The notes beneath the pieces are model-generated. The model ran no database searches and had not been told where the DNA came from. It was given only the letters and a program-made list of their open reading frames with translations. The translations under genes were made by a program, and so were the position numbers. From Patescibacteria group bacterium (GTDB lineage Bacteria > Patescibacteriota > Microgenomatia > UBA1400 > CG1-02-47-37), in NCBI GenBank assembly GCA_038065055.1, contig JBBTRT010000005.1:2706-66705 (forward strand): a DNA stretch of 64,000 bases, given 5' to 3'. This document shows positions 27,690-37,394 of this stretch, in pieces (positions within the stretch are counted from its first letter, which is position 1; the number at the start of each line of letters is the position of its first letter).

Positions 27690-28739
27690 TCACTTAATTG
27701 CCAATGGTGTTTTCACTGAGTGATGTGACTCAATATTAGCCACTAGCCCGAGACAAAACATGACTGATAAAAGTGAACTGCCGCCGCCGGAAGCCAAGGG
27801 CAAGGTAATGCCGGTAACCGGTAAAATCCCCAAATTCATCCCCAAATTTACAATTATCTGAAAACTTAACATGAAAAAACTACCCATGACAACCAAATAG
27901 CCGAATTTATCGGGAGCCTGACTGGCTAAAGTTAATAAATATTTAAGCAACCAAAAATAAGCCAAAATTAAAACACAAGAACCTACAAAACCCAATTCTT
28001 CTGCCAGGGCGGCAAAGATAAAATCAGTGTGGCTTTCAGGGAGAAATTGCAGTTGTAACTGGATTCCCTGACCTAATCCCCGGCCGAAAAAACCACCGGA
28101 ACCGATGGCAACCAAAGATTGAATAACCTGATAGCCGCTGCTGCCGGCCTGCTGGTAAGGGTTTAAAAAAGTTAATAGCCGCTGCTGCTGGTAAGGGTGG
28201 AGAAATTTAATTGCCAGCGGGATAAAAGCCGCTCCGGCGATAATTAAGCTAAAGGGGTAAAACCACGGCCAATCCGAGGCCAGCAACATCCCCAGCCAAA
28301 TGGCTAAAACCACTAAAGTACTGCCTAAATCAGGCTGGAAATAAATTAAACCGGCAGGCAAAAGGACTAATAGGCCATAGACTATAAATTGAATTGGCTG
28401 GGACCAAGAATGTTTGACGGATAAAAACCCGGCAAAAATAATAATTAACAAGGGTTTGATCAGCTCTGACGGCTGAATGGTAAAATTACCCAACTGAATC
28501 CAGCGGACCGAACCCCGGGTAACGACGCCAAAAACAAACGGCAGTAACAGCAGTCCCAAGGTTAATAAATAATACAACTTGGTTAAAACCAGGTGGTTTA
28601 AATAATAAAACCGGAAACTGATTACGGCGACGATTAGACCAAAAAATAAAAATAGCAGCTGACTGAATAAAAGATCAAGGGAAATCGAGCCTAAAATCGC
28701 TAAGCTTAAAGCTAAAATAATCACTACCGGAATAATCAT
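27690..28739 (-). CDS. rodA: SEDS family protein (FtsW/RodA/SpoVE); RodA-like because it lies outside the dcw cluster
   Basis: Polytopic, with QPSELIKP, GSGGFFGRGLGQG, LPESHTDFIF and GITLPLASGGGSS. Confidence 0.8.
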   Translation of the reverse strand: MIIPVVIILALSLAILGSISLDLLFSQLLFLFFGLIVAVISFRFYYLNHLVLTKLYYLLTLGLLLLPFVFGVVTRGSVRWIQLGNFTIQPSELIKPLLIIIFAGFLSVKHSWSQPIQFIVYGLLVLLPAGLIYFQPDLGSTLVVLAIWLGMLLASDWPWFYPFSLIIAGAAFIPLAIKFLHPYQQQRLLTFLNPYQQAGSSGYQVIQSLVAIGSGGFFGRGLGQGIQLQLQFLPESHTDFIFAALAEELGFVGSCVLILAYFWLLKYLLTLASQAPDKFGYLVVMGSFFMLSFQIIVNLGMNLGILPVTGITLPLASGGGSSLLSVMFCLGLVANIESHHSVKTPLAIK

Positions 28740-31540
28740 AGCCGGATAACTTTAAGTTTTGGGCCGCGGATTAGTTTTTTCACCAAAGTTTTTTGGGAAA
28801 TATAGCCAGCAAAATCATTGGGCCAATCAGGCAGTTCCAAATTAATCCATTCGTTGAGCTCGGTCCCGGCCAGCTTACGGGCAGATTGAATCTGGCGAAC
28901 CAGCTCCCGGGCAATACCCTCTGACTTTAATACCGAAGTCAGTTTTGTATCCAAAACTACTGCCCCGTCTTCTTTGTCAGTAAAAATTAAAATTTTAATA
29001 TTTGTTTCCTGTAAAATTAAGTTTCTTAATTCTGCTGACCCAAAAGACTGAGTATTTACAGTGGCTTTGGCTAAGGGTTGGCGGACAGGAAAATTTAAGG
29101 CTTTGCGCTGAGAATGAATTTTTTCGACTAAATCACGGGCTACAATCATATCATTTTCCAAACTTTGATTAATTAAAGCGTCATCAAATTTCGGCCAATC
29201 GGTTAAATGAACTGAAGTTTTAGAGCCGGTTAAATTATGATAAACCGTTTCGCTGATAAACGGTGTGATCGGCGCCATGACCTGGCTTAAGTTTAAAAGC
29301 GCCCAGGCAAGAGTGGCCTGTGAGTTTTTGTCAGATCTCACTTGTTCCCGGCTGTTGCGTAAATACCAGGTGGATAAATCAGTGACATAAGCCTGAATCA
29401 AACGGCAGGCCGAAACGGTGTTATAGCGATCGAGGCTGTGAGTGACATTAGAAATTAAACTGTGGGTTAAGCTGACCAGCCATTGATCTAATAAGCGTTC
29501 AGTTGAGGGGGTAAAGCCAGCGGCCAGCTGAGGCACATAAAGTTTATAGAAACTAAAAACATTAAAGAAAATCGAGATTAGTTTTTGATAAATTTCCTTA
29601 ACGGAGATTTCCGAAAAATTAGGATTATCCGCTTTCATCACTGAAGAAGACATTAAGTAAAAACGCAAGGCATCAACGCCGTATTTTTCGATCAATAAAT
29701 TCGGATCAGGAAAGTTGCGTTTGGATTTGCTCATTTTGGTACCGTCTTCGGCCATAATAGTGCCGGTAGTAAGAACGTTTTCAAAAGAGGGTTTTTTAAA
29801 TAAGGCCACGGACATCACGTGCAAGGTGTAAAACCAGGCGCGGGTTTGGGCAATGTATTCGGAAATAAACTGGGCCGGGTAGTGGGATTCAAATTTGGCT
29901 TTATTTTCAAACGGGTAATGCAGGGAAGCAAACGACATACTGCCGGATTCCACCCAACAGTCGAATACCTCTTTGATCCTGGTGCCGGAGTCGGTCTTAG
30001 CCTCATCAACCCAAACCTTGATATCATCAATAAATTCACGGTGGATATCAGTTATTTTGGCGGCGGCTGGTTTACCCACGGCCCACTTTTTAAGCTCGGC
30101 AATCGAACCAATAACCCTCATTTTTCCGGTTTTAGAACTAAGCCAAACCGGCATCGGCGTGCCCCAATAACGGGAACGGGAAATGTTCCAGTCAGGCGCC
30201 TCTTCCAAACCTTTGCCGAAACGGCCGTGCTTTAAATGGGCCGGATACCAATTGATGCTTTCGTTCGCTTTAATTAATTGAAGTTTTAATTTTTGGATAT
30301 TAATAAACCAAGCCGGAATCGGAGCATAATAAAGGCGGGTGCTGCAGCGGTAACAAACCGGCACCCGGTGCTGGTAAGGATCGTGGCGGTAAATTAAATT
30401 GCGTTTGGCTAATTCCTCATCAATCAAAGGATCGGCTTTTAAGATATATATCCCGGCCCATGGTTTAACGACTGATTTTAATTTTCCTTCTTCATCAACG
30501 TGTTCAATCATTTGAATTTTGTGTTTGGCCATAACCCGATAGTCATCTTCGCCGTAAATAGCCAAAGTGACAACGCCGGTACCATCAGCATCGGTGACAT
30601 AATCATCGGCGACAATGACGCCATGACGTTCATCTTTTTTTGGTTTAAAAAATTGAAAGTGTTCCACAAACTCTAGCTTTTCCAAATCTTTACCGGCATA
30701 AGTGGCGACGATTTTATAAGGCTCAGGATTTAATATTTTTAAAGTGTTTTTGGCTAAAATGTAAAATTCATCCCCTTGCTTGACTTTGACATAAGTATAT
30801 TTGGGATTAACGGCCAGGGCCGGAGTGGCTAATTTATTCCAAGGGGTAGTGGACCAAGCCAAAAGGAAAGTTTTAGCTTCAGCTTTAACCGGAAATTTAT
30901 AAATGGTGGAAGCGTCGTTAATTTCGGCGTAAGAATTATCCATGGCAATTTCAAAGTTAGATAAAGGCGTGCCGCAGCGCGGGCAGTAAAGAATGACCCG
31001 GCGGCCCTGATAAACCAAATCTTTTTCGTATAAAGATTTAAAGGCCCACCAAACCGATTCCATATAGGTTGTGTCCATGGTTTTATAGGAATGTTTAAAA
31101 TCCACCCAGCGGCCCATGCGACGAATGGTTTTTTCCCACTCTTTATCAAAGCGCAAAATAGCCGAGCGGCAGGCGGCGTTAAATTTTCCGATGCCCATGG
31201 CTTCGATGGCTTTTTTGCCACCTTTTAAATCCAACTCTTTTTCAACAATGTTTTCGATCGGGATGCCGTGGCAATCCCAGCCCCAAACCCGCTCCACCCG
31301 ATAACCTTTCATGGTCCAGTAACGGGGAATAACGTCTTTAGTGGTGGAAGATAAGATATGGCCGTAGTGCGGCAAACCGGTGGCAAACGGCGGGCCGTCG
31401 TAAAAGATGTAGGAATGTTTGGGGTCGCGCTGGTTGACCGAAGTTTCAAACACGTTAGTTTTGTCCCAAAACTTTAAGACCTCGTGTTCCAGTTGAGGCA
31501 AATTAGGCCGGGTTTGAAAGTAAGTGATTTTTAAAGACAT
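28736..31540 (-). CDS. ileS: isoleucyl-tRNA synthetase
   Basis: HIGH box PFATGLPHYGHIL, KMSKS box GTKMSKSKRN, 934 aa. Confidence 0.95.
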   Translation of the reverse strand: MSLKITYFQTRPNLPQLEHEVLKFWDKTNVFETSVNQRDPKHSYIFYDGPPFATGLPHYGHILSSTTKDVIPRYWTMKGYRVERVWGWDCHGIPIENIVEKELDLKGGKKAIEAMGIGKFNAACRSAILRFDKEWEKTIRRMGRWVDFKHSYKTMDTTYMESVWWAFKSLYEKDLVYQGRRVILYCPRCGTPLSNFEIAMDNSYAEINDASTIYKFPVKAEAKTFLLAWSTTPWNKLATPALAVNPKYTYVKVKQGDEFYILAKNTLKILNPEPYKIVATYAGKDLEKLEFVEHFQFFKPKKDERHGVIVADDYVTDADGTGVVTLAIYGEDDYRVMAKHKIQMIEHVDEEGKLKSVVKPWAGIYILKADPLIDEELAKRNLIYRHDPYQHRVPVCYRCSTRLYYAPIPAWFINIQKLKLQLIKANESINWYPAHLKHGRFGKGLEEAPDWNISRSRYWGTPMPVWLSSKTGKMRVIGSIAELKKWAVGKPAAAKITDIHREFIDDIKVWVDEAKTDSGTRIKEVFDCWVESGSMSFASLHYPFENKAKFESHYPAQFISEYIAQTRAWFYTLHVMSVALFKKPSFENVLTTGTIMAEDGTKMSKSKRNFPDPNLLIEKYGVDALRFYLMSSSVMKADNPNFSEISVKEIYQKLISIFFNVFSFYKLYVPQLAAGFTPSTERLLDQWLVSLTHSLISNVTHSLDRYNTVSACRLIQAYVTDLSTWYLRNSREQVRSDKNSQATLAWALLNLSQVMAPITPFISETVYHNLTGSKTSVHLTDWPKFDDALINQSLENDMIVARDLVEKIHSQRKALNFPVRQPLAKATVNTQSFGSAELRNLILQETNIKILIFTDKEDGAVVLDTKLTSVLKSEGIARELVRQIQSARKLAGTELNEWINLELPDWPNDFAGYISQKTLVKKLIRGPKLKVIRL

Positions 31541-31552
31541 AGGGTTATCTTA

Positions 31553-31577
31553 ACAAAAAATCGCCGGAAAGGCGATT
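31553..31577 (-). terminator. intrinsic terminator-like hairpin (AATCGCC-TTTCC-GGCGATT followed by TTTTTTG) in minus orientation, just upstream of the ileS -10 box
   Basis: Minus strand reads ...TATAATCGCCTTTCCGGCGATTTTTTGTTAAGATAACCCTATG. Confidence 0.6.
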
Positions 31578-31626
31578 ATAAAACAACTATTTTAATTGCG
31601 GTTATTTAGTGTTAAGTTAAATTAAT

Positions 31627-32094
31627 ATGATCAATGATCTTAATCCTGAACAGAAAGTTTCTTTAGAAAAAAAACAAAATGGAACCGAAACCATAAAATG
31701 GTGGGAACTTTCTTTACCTGGAGAAACTTTACTTGCCAATGGAGGGGAATTGCCGGAGATTGCCGTTCCAGGTCATGAATCTCCAGTAGAAACAAATTCC
31801 CAATATAATTCTTATACTCTTTTAACAGCTCCAGAGGAACAAGGAAAAATTAGAGTATTGGCTGCTTGTTTCACTGGTCATATCTATTCTGATAAGGATG
31901 TAGGTTATGATCTAACTAGTTTGCATAATGATATTAAGTCAGAGATGGAAAGAAGGGGGTTAAAAAATTATACACTTAGAGAAGTAGTAGCTATTCTAAA
32001 AGATCGCGAATCAGAACTGGAAAAAGTTGGGGTAGAAATAAAACAACTAACAGGCGGCAAAATGAGTGTCGATTATATAAAGATTGATGAATAA
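31627..32094 (+). CDS. hypothetical protein (155 aa), AT-rich island gene
   Basis: Clean ORF with noticeably lower GC than its neighbours. I recognise no family. Confidence 0.5.
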   Translation: MINDLNPEQKVSLEKKQNGTETIKWWELSLPGETLLANGGELPEIAVPGHESPVETNSQYNSYTLLTAPEEQGKIRVLAACFTGHIYSDKDVGYDLTSLHNDIKSEMERRGLKNYTLREVVAILKDRESELEKVGVEIKQLTGGKMSVDYIKIDE

Positions 32095-32098
32095 CTCC

Positions 32099-32121
32099 CC
32101 TACAAGGACGGACCTTGTAGG
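32099..32121. repeat. REP-like palindrome (CCTACAAGG ACGGA CCTTGTAGG), perfect 9-bp stem
   Basis: Read directly. It lies 4 nt after the stop of 31627-32094, between convergent genes. Confidence 0.8.
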
Positions 32122-32181
32122 TAAAAGACAAATTAATGGCGTCCATAATGTTGAAGATGTTATTGTTAATAATTTTAATAT

Positions 32182-32985
32182 TTATGACAATATCAACTTT
32201 ACAACAATAATATTTCCTTCTTCTTTTACGCTCTTCTTTAATCTTCCTTTAATTTTAAGATTTTCAATAACTTTTTTAATTTTTTCAACATTTTCTCCGC
32301 CTATACCATGTATATTAAACTCACTAATGCCATATTTCCTCATTAAATCAATTTTCTTAGAAATTGACTCCTCAATATCTTTTCCGCTCATTTCATGATG
32401 AACAAAAAGTGCAAAAGGATAATTTAGAACAATTTCCTCATAAACCTTAAGAAAGCTTTCTGGGGTGAATTTTGGTAATTTTGACATTTCTTCATAAGCT
32501 GGCCTAACCCAACTCTCAAAGTAGCCAGCACTACATAAATTACTAATATTTCTCCCCCTTAAACCATATCTACGACTGATTTCTTCTTTTAATCCGCGCG
32601 TTTCACCTCCATTCCTAAGAACAGACCTTAAATATAAAGAAGCCTTTAATATAGGAAAGTCTTCTAATGGAATTTTTTCTTTAAAATAATTCAAGAGCTC
32701 ATCGTTGTCAGACTCTCCAATCTTTGCAACATAGTCATCAGCTTTACTATTAAAATCCTCCTCCAGAACAGGCATTCCCCTATTAACAAGCTTGGGTGCA
32801 CGACGAAGAATTGTTTGTTTTTCTTTTTCTGTTAGTTGGTTCCAATTTACATTGAGCGTTCGGCTATCAACAATATATGTTGCTTTTGCGTTATTGGAAA
32901 AGAGAGACACACTAATATTATTAAGAAGACGTAAATTAACGCTTTTAAGAGCAGGAAAAAGCCCTTTTAGCCATTCCCAATTCAT
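32182..32985 (-). CDS. hypothetical protein (267 aa), AT-rich island gene
   Basis: Clean ORF with a 4-bp ATGA overlap with the upstream small gene. The C-terminal ~50 aa (EFNIHGIGGENVEKIKKVIENL...IIVVKL) faintly resemble an Smr-like alpha/beta module, but the similarity is weak. Confidence 0.5.
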   Translation of the reverse strand: MNWEWLKGLFPALKSVNLRLLNNISVSLFSNNAKATYIVDSRTLNVNWNQLTEKEKQTILRRAPKLVNRGMPVLEEDFNSKADDYVAKIGESDNDELLNYFKEKIPLEDFPILKASLYLRSVLRNGGETRGLKEEISRRYGLRGRNISNLCSAGYFESWVRPAYEEMSKLPKFTPESFLKVYEEIVLNYPFALFVHHEMSGKDIEESISKKIDLMRKYGISEFNIHGIGGENVEKIKKVIENLKIKGRLKKSVKEEGNIIVVKLILS

Positions 32986-33215
32986 CTACCGCTCTCAACA
33001 AATTCAATTAAAGAAGGTATATCAGACTTTAAATAAATCTCTGATCCTTTCGTAATACCAGCAAATTCTTTTATATTAACTTCCTCCCCATTACGAGATA
33101 AAATTCTTTCTCCAGTTTTATTATCTACTATTAATCCATCACCATCTATCCTCTTACCAAAAGCGCTGAGAATATTAAAGCCAATACTTTTATGAAATGT
33201 AAATACTTTTTTCAT
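32982..33215 (-). CDS. hypothetical small protein (77 aa from ATG 33215; the track gives a TTG start at 33263)
   Basis: MKKVFTFHKSIGFNILSAFGKRIDGDGLIVDNKTGERIL... On the minus strand, TTGCTT, 17 nt spacer and TATAAA lie upstream of ATG 33215, and the track's TTG start coincides with that -35 box. Confidence 0.45.
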   Translation of the reverse strand: MKKVFTFHKSIGFNILSAFGKRIDGDGLIVDNKTGERILSRNGEEVNIKEFAGITKGSEIYLKSDIPSLIEFVESGR

Positions 33216-33272
33216 TTTATCTGAGTCAAATTTATTTATACACGATATAAAATTGTAAAGCAAGCATATATT

Positions 33273-34388
33273 TTATCTTCCCTGGCGGAGAAAGGCGGGG
33301 ATGTCGAACTCGTCGCCGGGGTTGTCTTTGACTTCGGTTAGTTCCGGTTTGGCCAGCGGAGAGTTAGGGTCGGTACCCGGAGTAGTGGCCTGCACAATCG
33401 GCCGGGTGGATAAATCTTTTAAGCGCTGGCGGGTTTCATCAAAACCTGTGGCAATAACGGTAATTTTTATTTGATCAATTAAATCTTTATCAATCGAAGT
33501 CCCGAAAATAATATTGGCATCGGCGTCGGCCGAGCGGGCAATAATTTCCGAGGCTTGGTTAACCTCATTCATCGTTAAGTCAACGCCGCCGACGATGTTG
33601 TACAGCACGCCTTTAGCGCCTTCAATCGAGGCTTCCAAAAGTGGCGAGGCAATGGCCGACCGGGCGGCAGTCTGGGCGCGGTTTTCACCGACGCCGCTGC
33701 CAATACCCATCAAAGCCGTACCGGCATCTTTCATGATGGTTTTAACATCGGCAAAGTCAACGTTAATCAACCCGGTGCTGGTAATTAAATCAGCAATTCC
33801 CTGAACGCCCTGCATTAAAACGCCATCGGCCAGTTTAAAGGCTTCGATTAAAGTCAGGTTTTTATCGATCACATCCATCAAGCGCTGGTTGGGAACTACA
33901 ATGAGGGTATCCACCTTGCCTTTTAAGTTCTCAATCCCCTCTTCAGCGGTAACCATGCGGCGGGTGCCTTCAAATAAAAACGGTTTCGTCACAACGGCGA
34001 CAGTCAAAGCCCCGGATTCTTTGGCCACCTCGGCAATAATCGGCGTGGCGCCGGTACCGGTGCCGCCGCCCATACCGCAGGTAATGAAAATCATATCAGA
34101 ATCGAATAAAAGTTCCTGAAGTTTTTCCTTGGACTCTTCGGCCGCTTGCTGGCCGATTTTGGGATCAGAACCGGAGCCTAAACCTTTGGTTAATTTGTCG
34201 CCGATTTGAAGTTTGGTATCGGCCTGGCAGGCCAGTAAAACCTGCGCATCAGTATTAATCGAAACAAACTCCACGCCTTTTATCTGGCGGGATTGAATCA
34301 TGGTATTGACAGCATTGTTGCCGCCGCCGCCGACGCCTAAAACTTTGATTTTGGCAAAGGTTTTTAAATCAGGTTTAACTAAAGCCAT
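33273..34388 (-). CDS. ftsZ: cell division GTPase FtsZ
   Basis: IKVLGVGGGGNNAVN and GGGTGTGATP tubulin signature. The start was trimmed to MALVKPD. Confidence 0.95.
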   Translation of the reverse strand: MALVKPDLKTFAKIKVLGVGGGGNNAVNTMIQSRQIKGVEFVSINTDAQVLLACQADTKLQIGDKLTKGLGSGSDPKIGQQAAEESKEKLQELLFDSDMIFITCGMGGGTGTGATPIIAEVAKESGALTVAVVTKPFLFEGTRRMVTAEEGIENLKGKVDTLIVVPNQRLMDVIDKNLTLIEAFKLADGVLMQGVQGIADLITSTGLINVDFADVKTIMKDAGTALMGIGSGVGENRAQTAARSAIASPLLEASIEGAKGVLYNIVGGVDLTMNEVNQASEIIARSADADANIIFGTSIDKDLIDQIKITVIATGFDETRQRLKDLSTRPIVQATTPGTDPNSPLAKPELTEVKDNPGDEFDIPAFLRQGR

Positions 34389-34437
34389 AGTACAGATCCG
34401 GGCAGGGAGATTAAATAACAATACCCTATTTTTTAAA

Positions 34438-35718
34438 TTAAGGCAAGAAGCTTTTAAAAAGCTTAAGGCCTTTGGAAAAAACGCCTTTGACGGGAATTTT
34501 ACCCATAAAGTTACCTAAGGTTTTAAAGGCAGAATCGGACTTAATCCCTTTAAAATTTTTCACTCCATATTCAATCAATCCCCAGGCAGTGGCAAAAGCA
34601 GGAGATTTAATTTCATCAACTAATCCATTTAAACCTTTGGGGTAACCGACTCTTACCGGCAAGGATAACGTCCGTTTGCAGGCGCTGGTTAAACCGGCAG
34701 TTAAAGCGCCGCCGCCGGTAATCACAATGCCGGCCGGGGTGGCGCCGCCAAAACCGGATTGTTTTAATTGTTCACCGATCAGGCTGAAAATTTCGTTCAG
34801 GCGCGGACGAATAATGCCTTCAATCAAAGTTTTGCGGGAAAGTTTACCAACTTCTTCATTTAAATTTAATTTTTTAACATCCAATTCATCGGTAATTTCA
34901 CCCTCAGGCAAACGACTATGGTCGGATAAAGCAATTTTAATTTTTTCCGCGGTTTCCAAACTAACCCGCAAACCAATCGCCAGGTCATTGGTAATATTTT
35001 TGGCGCCAACCGGCAAAACACAGGAATAAGACAGCGAACCCTCAACAAAAATGCCGATGGAAGTGCTGCCGCCGCCCAAGTCAACCAAAACCACTCCCAA
35101 TTCTTTTTCCGTGGGGGACAAAACCGCTTCGGCGCTGGCTAACCCGGAAAAAACCAAACTATCCACTTCGACGCCAATTTCCGAAACACACTTACTGACA
35201 TTTCTCATGGCGGTGGAACTTCCGGTGATTAGATGAGCTTCGGCCTCCAACCGAACGCCGCCCATTCCCACCGGATCTTTAACCCCTTCCTGAGAATCGA
35301 CTTTAAAATCCCGGGGAATAACATGTAAAATATCCCGCGAAGACGGCAAAGAAACCGCCCGGGCGGCATCAATCACCCGGCTGACATCCTGATCGCTAAT
35401 TTCTCCATCCGGTTCAGCCACAGCCACCACACCCTTGGAATTAATCGATTCAATGTGAGCGCCGGAAATGGAAGTTAAGCACGAAGATAAGGAATAGCCG
35501 GCCATGCGCTCGGCGGCTTCAACTGACTGGGTAATCGACTCAATAGTTTCTTCAATGTCGACAATCTGGCTTTTGCGCAACCCTTTAGCCGGCTCAACCG
35601 CTACGCCAATAACACTGATTTTTTCCCGGTTTTCACTTAAGCTCGCGATTAAAGTGGTCACTTTGGTAGTCCCGATATCAATGGCGGAGATAAGTTGATT
35701 TTTTGGCATATTATTCAT
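34438..35718 (-). CDS. ftsA: cell division protein FtsA
   Basis: Actin-fold motifs AIDIGTTKV, LVDLGGGSTSI and GIVITGGGA. Confidence 0.9.
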   Translation of the reverse strand: MNNMPKNQLISAIDIGTTKVTTLIASLSENREKISVIGVAVEPAKGLRKSQIVDIEETIESITQSVEAAERMAGYSLSSCLTSISGAHIESINSKGVVAVAEPDGEISDQDVSRVIDAARAVSLPSSRDILHVIPRDFKVDSQEGVKDPVGMGGVRLEAEAHLITGSSTAMRNVSKCVSEIGVEVDSLVFSGLASAEAVLSPTEKELGVVLVDLGGGSTSIGIFVEGSLSYSCVLPVGAKNITNDLAIGLRVSLETAEKIKIALSDHSRLPEGEITDELDVKKLNLNEEVGKLSRKTLIEGIIRPRLNEIFSLIGEQLKQSGFGGATPAGIVITGGGALTAGLTSACKRTLSLPVRVGYPKGLNGLVDEIKSPAFATAWGLIEYGVKNFKGIKSDSAFKTLGNFMGKIPVKGVFSKGLKLFKSFLP

Positions 35719-36409
35719 AGCTTAAGACCGGCTTGTCAAAGCGTAAGTCAATTTTTGCCGGTAAAGCTTCATCTATTTTAAAGCCTGACAAGATGTATTG
35801 TAAAGCGGCAATACTAGCGGAAATATCTTTTTCCAAATTTATCACGGCTAAGGGGCCTTTGGCAGTTTGCAGTTCAATTATTTGCTGGGGCAGCCAAGTA
35901 ATTTTTTGACTGGCAATAAAATATTCATTTAAAGCGGTAATAAGCTTGAACAATGAATCAGAGAAATCTGACCGGCCTAAGCTTACAGGCTTATCAGCGG
36001 GAACGTTAATTACCGGCAGCTGGCTGCTGGTTTGCTGGCCGGTAAAAATTTCGCCCTTAGAGTCCATAAAATAAACCTTGGCGTCAGCGGACTCAATTCT
36101 GGCTAAAGCCAAACGGCGGGTTAATTTTAAATATATTTTATCCGGCAAGGTCCGGCGCAGATTAATTTCGGCAAGGCTTGGATCAAGCGCCTGCAATTGG
36201 CGGTTAATCGAAAGGCTCGAGATTTGTAAAATGTTCTGGTTATGCAAACCAACTAAAACCGGCTCGTAAATCAACGGACAAGGGTATTGGTCTAATTCGC
36301 ACCCAATTGATTTAATTTTAAAAAAATCGCTGCGCATTAAAAAAAAGCCGACCGCAATAATTACGATGGCTAAAAATAAAGGGAAAAAACGCTTAATTTT
36401 CCGCTTCAT
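35711..36409 (-). CDS. ftsQ: FtsQ/DivIB-type cell division protein
   Basis: N-terminal TM helix FFPLFLAIVIIAVGFFL followed by a POTRA-like region. It sits between murG and ftsA. Confidence 0.7.
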   Translation of the reverse strand: MKRKIKRFFPLFLAIVIIAVGFFLMRSDFFKIKSIGCELDQYPCPLIYEPVLVGLHNQNILQISSLSINRQLQALDPSLAEINLRRTLPDKIYLKLTRRLALARIESADAKVYFMDSKGEIFTGQQTSSQLPVINVPADKPVSLGRSDFSDSLFKLITALNEYFIASQKITWLPQQIIELQTAKGPLAVINLEKDISASIAALQYILSGFKIDEALPAKIDLRFDKPVLSYE

Positions 36410-37394
36410 AGCTTAGTTCTTTGACAAGGATAAATAATTTGGCGGTTGCCTGTCTGATCAGAGAACGGTCAAGACGGCGCTGACTTGACTGAGGTAAAAT
36501 TTTAAAGGCCACACGAATAGCTTTTTGGAGAGAGTTTGAAGTTAATTTAGGCTGGGGCAAAATTAAGGCTAAACCTAAGGAACGTAAAAATTTGGCATTA
36601 GTCAGCTGTTCATTTGGTTGCGCGGTGGTTAACGGAATTAAAATTGCCCGCTGGTTTAACCAGGCCAATTCGGTAACAATATTAATGCCGCTGCGGCTGA
36701 TCACCAAGCAGTTAGGAGTTAAAATTTGGGCCAGTTCTTGGGGTTCAAACCAGGGCTTAACAACATAATTTTGGTGGGTAAATTCAGGCCAAGTGGTTTG
36801 ATCCTGAGCCAAACCAAACTGATGATAGACCTGATAGCGCTTGACTAAATCAGGCAGAATCAAAGCGATAGCCCTATTAATTACCAATGAACCCTGATGG
36901 CCGCCGGTAATATAGATGGCCTGACGAGAGGAGGGTGACCGAAAGTGTAATTTTAAAAATTCCTGACGAATAGGATTACCGGTTAAAACAGTTTTACGGC
37001 GGGGGAAATATACCAGGCTTTCCGGCCAAGAAACGGCAATTTTATTTGCCAGAATTGACGTTAAGCGGGAAGTCAGGCCGCTAGCAAAAGTCTGTTCATG
37101 AATCAGCAACGGCACTCGTTTAATTTTAGCGGCCAAACAGACCGGCAAAGCCGCATAACCGCCAAAACTGACTATCACCGAGGGCTGCAGCTGCTTTATT
37201 TTCTGCAGTGAAAGAAAAATAAAATAGGGTAATTTGAAGAACGAGAGAAAGGATTTAATTGGTTTGTGGCGGTTAAATTTCGGCGAGTTTAAAGTTAAAA
37301 ACTCCACCTGGAAATGATGTTTTTCCAGCTCTGATTGCAAAGCTAAAGCCGGAGTCAAATGAGCGCCGGTAAGTAAAATTTTAGGCTGAGTCAT
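36393..37394 (-). CDS. murG: UDP-N-acetylglucosamine--N-acetylmuramyl-(pentapeptide) pyrophosphoryl-undecaprenol GlcNAc transferase
   Basis: GGYAALPV, LLIHEQT, VISRSGINIVTELA and PNEQLTNAKFL. The N-terminal G-loop is divergent (LLTGAHLTP). Confidence 0.8.
   Translation of the reverse strand: MTQPKILLTGAHLTPALALQSELEKHHFQVEFLTLNSPKFNRHKPIKSFLSFFKLPYFIFLSLQKIKQLQPSVIVSFGGYAALPVCLAAKIKRVPLLIHEQTFASGLTSRLTSILANKIAVSWPESLVYFPRRKTVLTGNPIRQEFLKLHFRSPSSRQAIYITGGHQGSLVINRAIALILPDLVKRYQVYHQFGLAQDQTTWPEFTHQNYVVKPWFEPQELAQILTPNCLVISRSGINIVTELAWLNQRAILIPLTTAQPNEQLTNAKFLRSLGLALILPQPKLTSNSLQKAIRVAFKILPQSSQRRLDRSLIRQATAKLFILVKELSYEAEN

Noticed and set aside
31541-31626. T-box or other riboswitch leader upstream of ileS
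   Set aside because: Only 86 bp are available. They are occupied by one simple terminator hairpin and a -10 box 6 nt from the ATG. I could see no specifier-loop or antiterminator architecture.
32084-32398. 104-aa plus-strand ORF spanning the REP-like hairpin and the 3' end of the 267-aa gene
   Set aside because: It is antisense to a better-supported gene in AT-rich DNA, and its translation is low-complexity (Phe/Ile/Leu/Ser).
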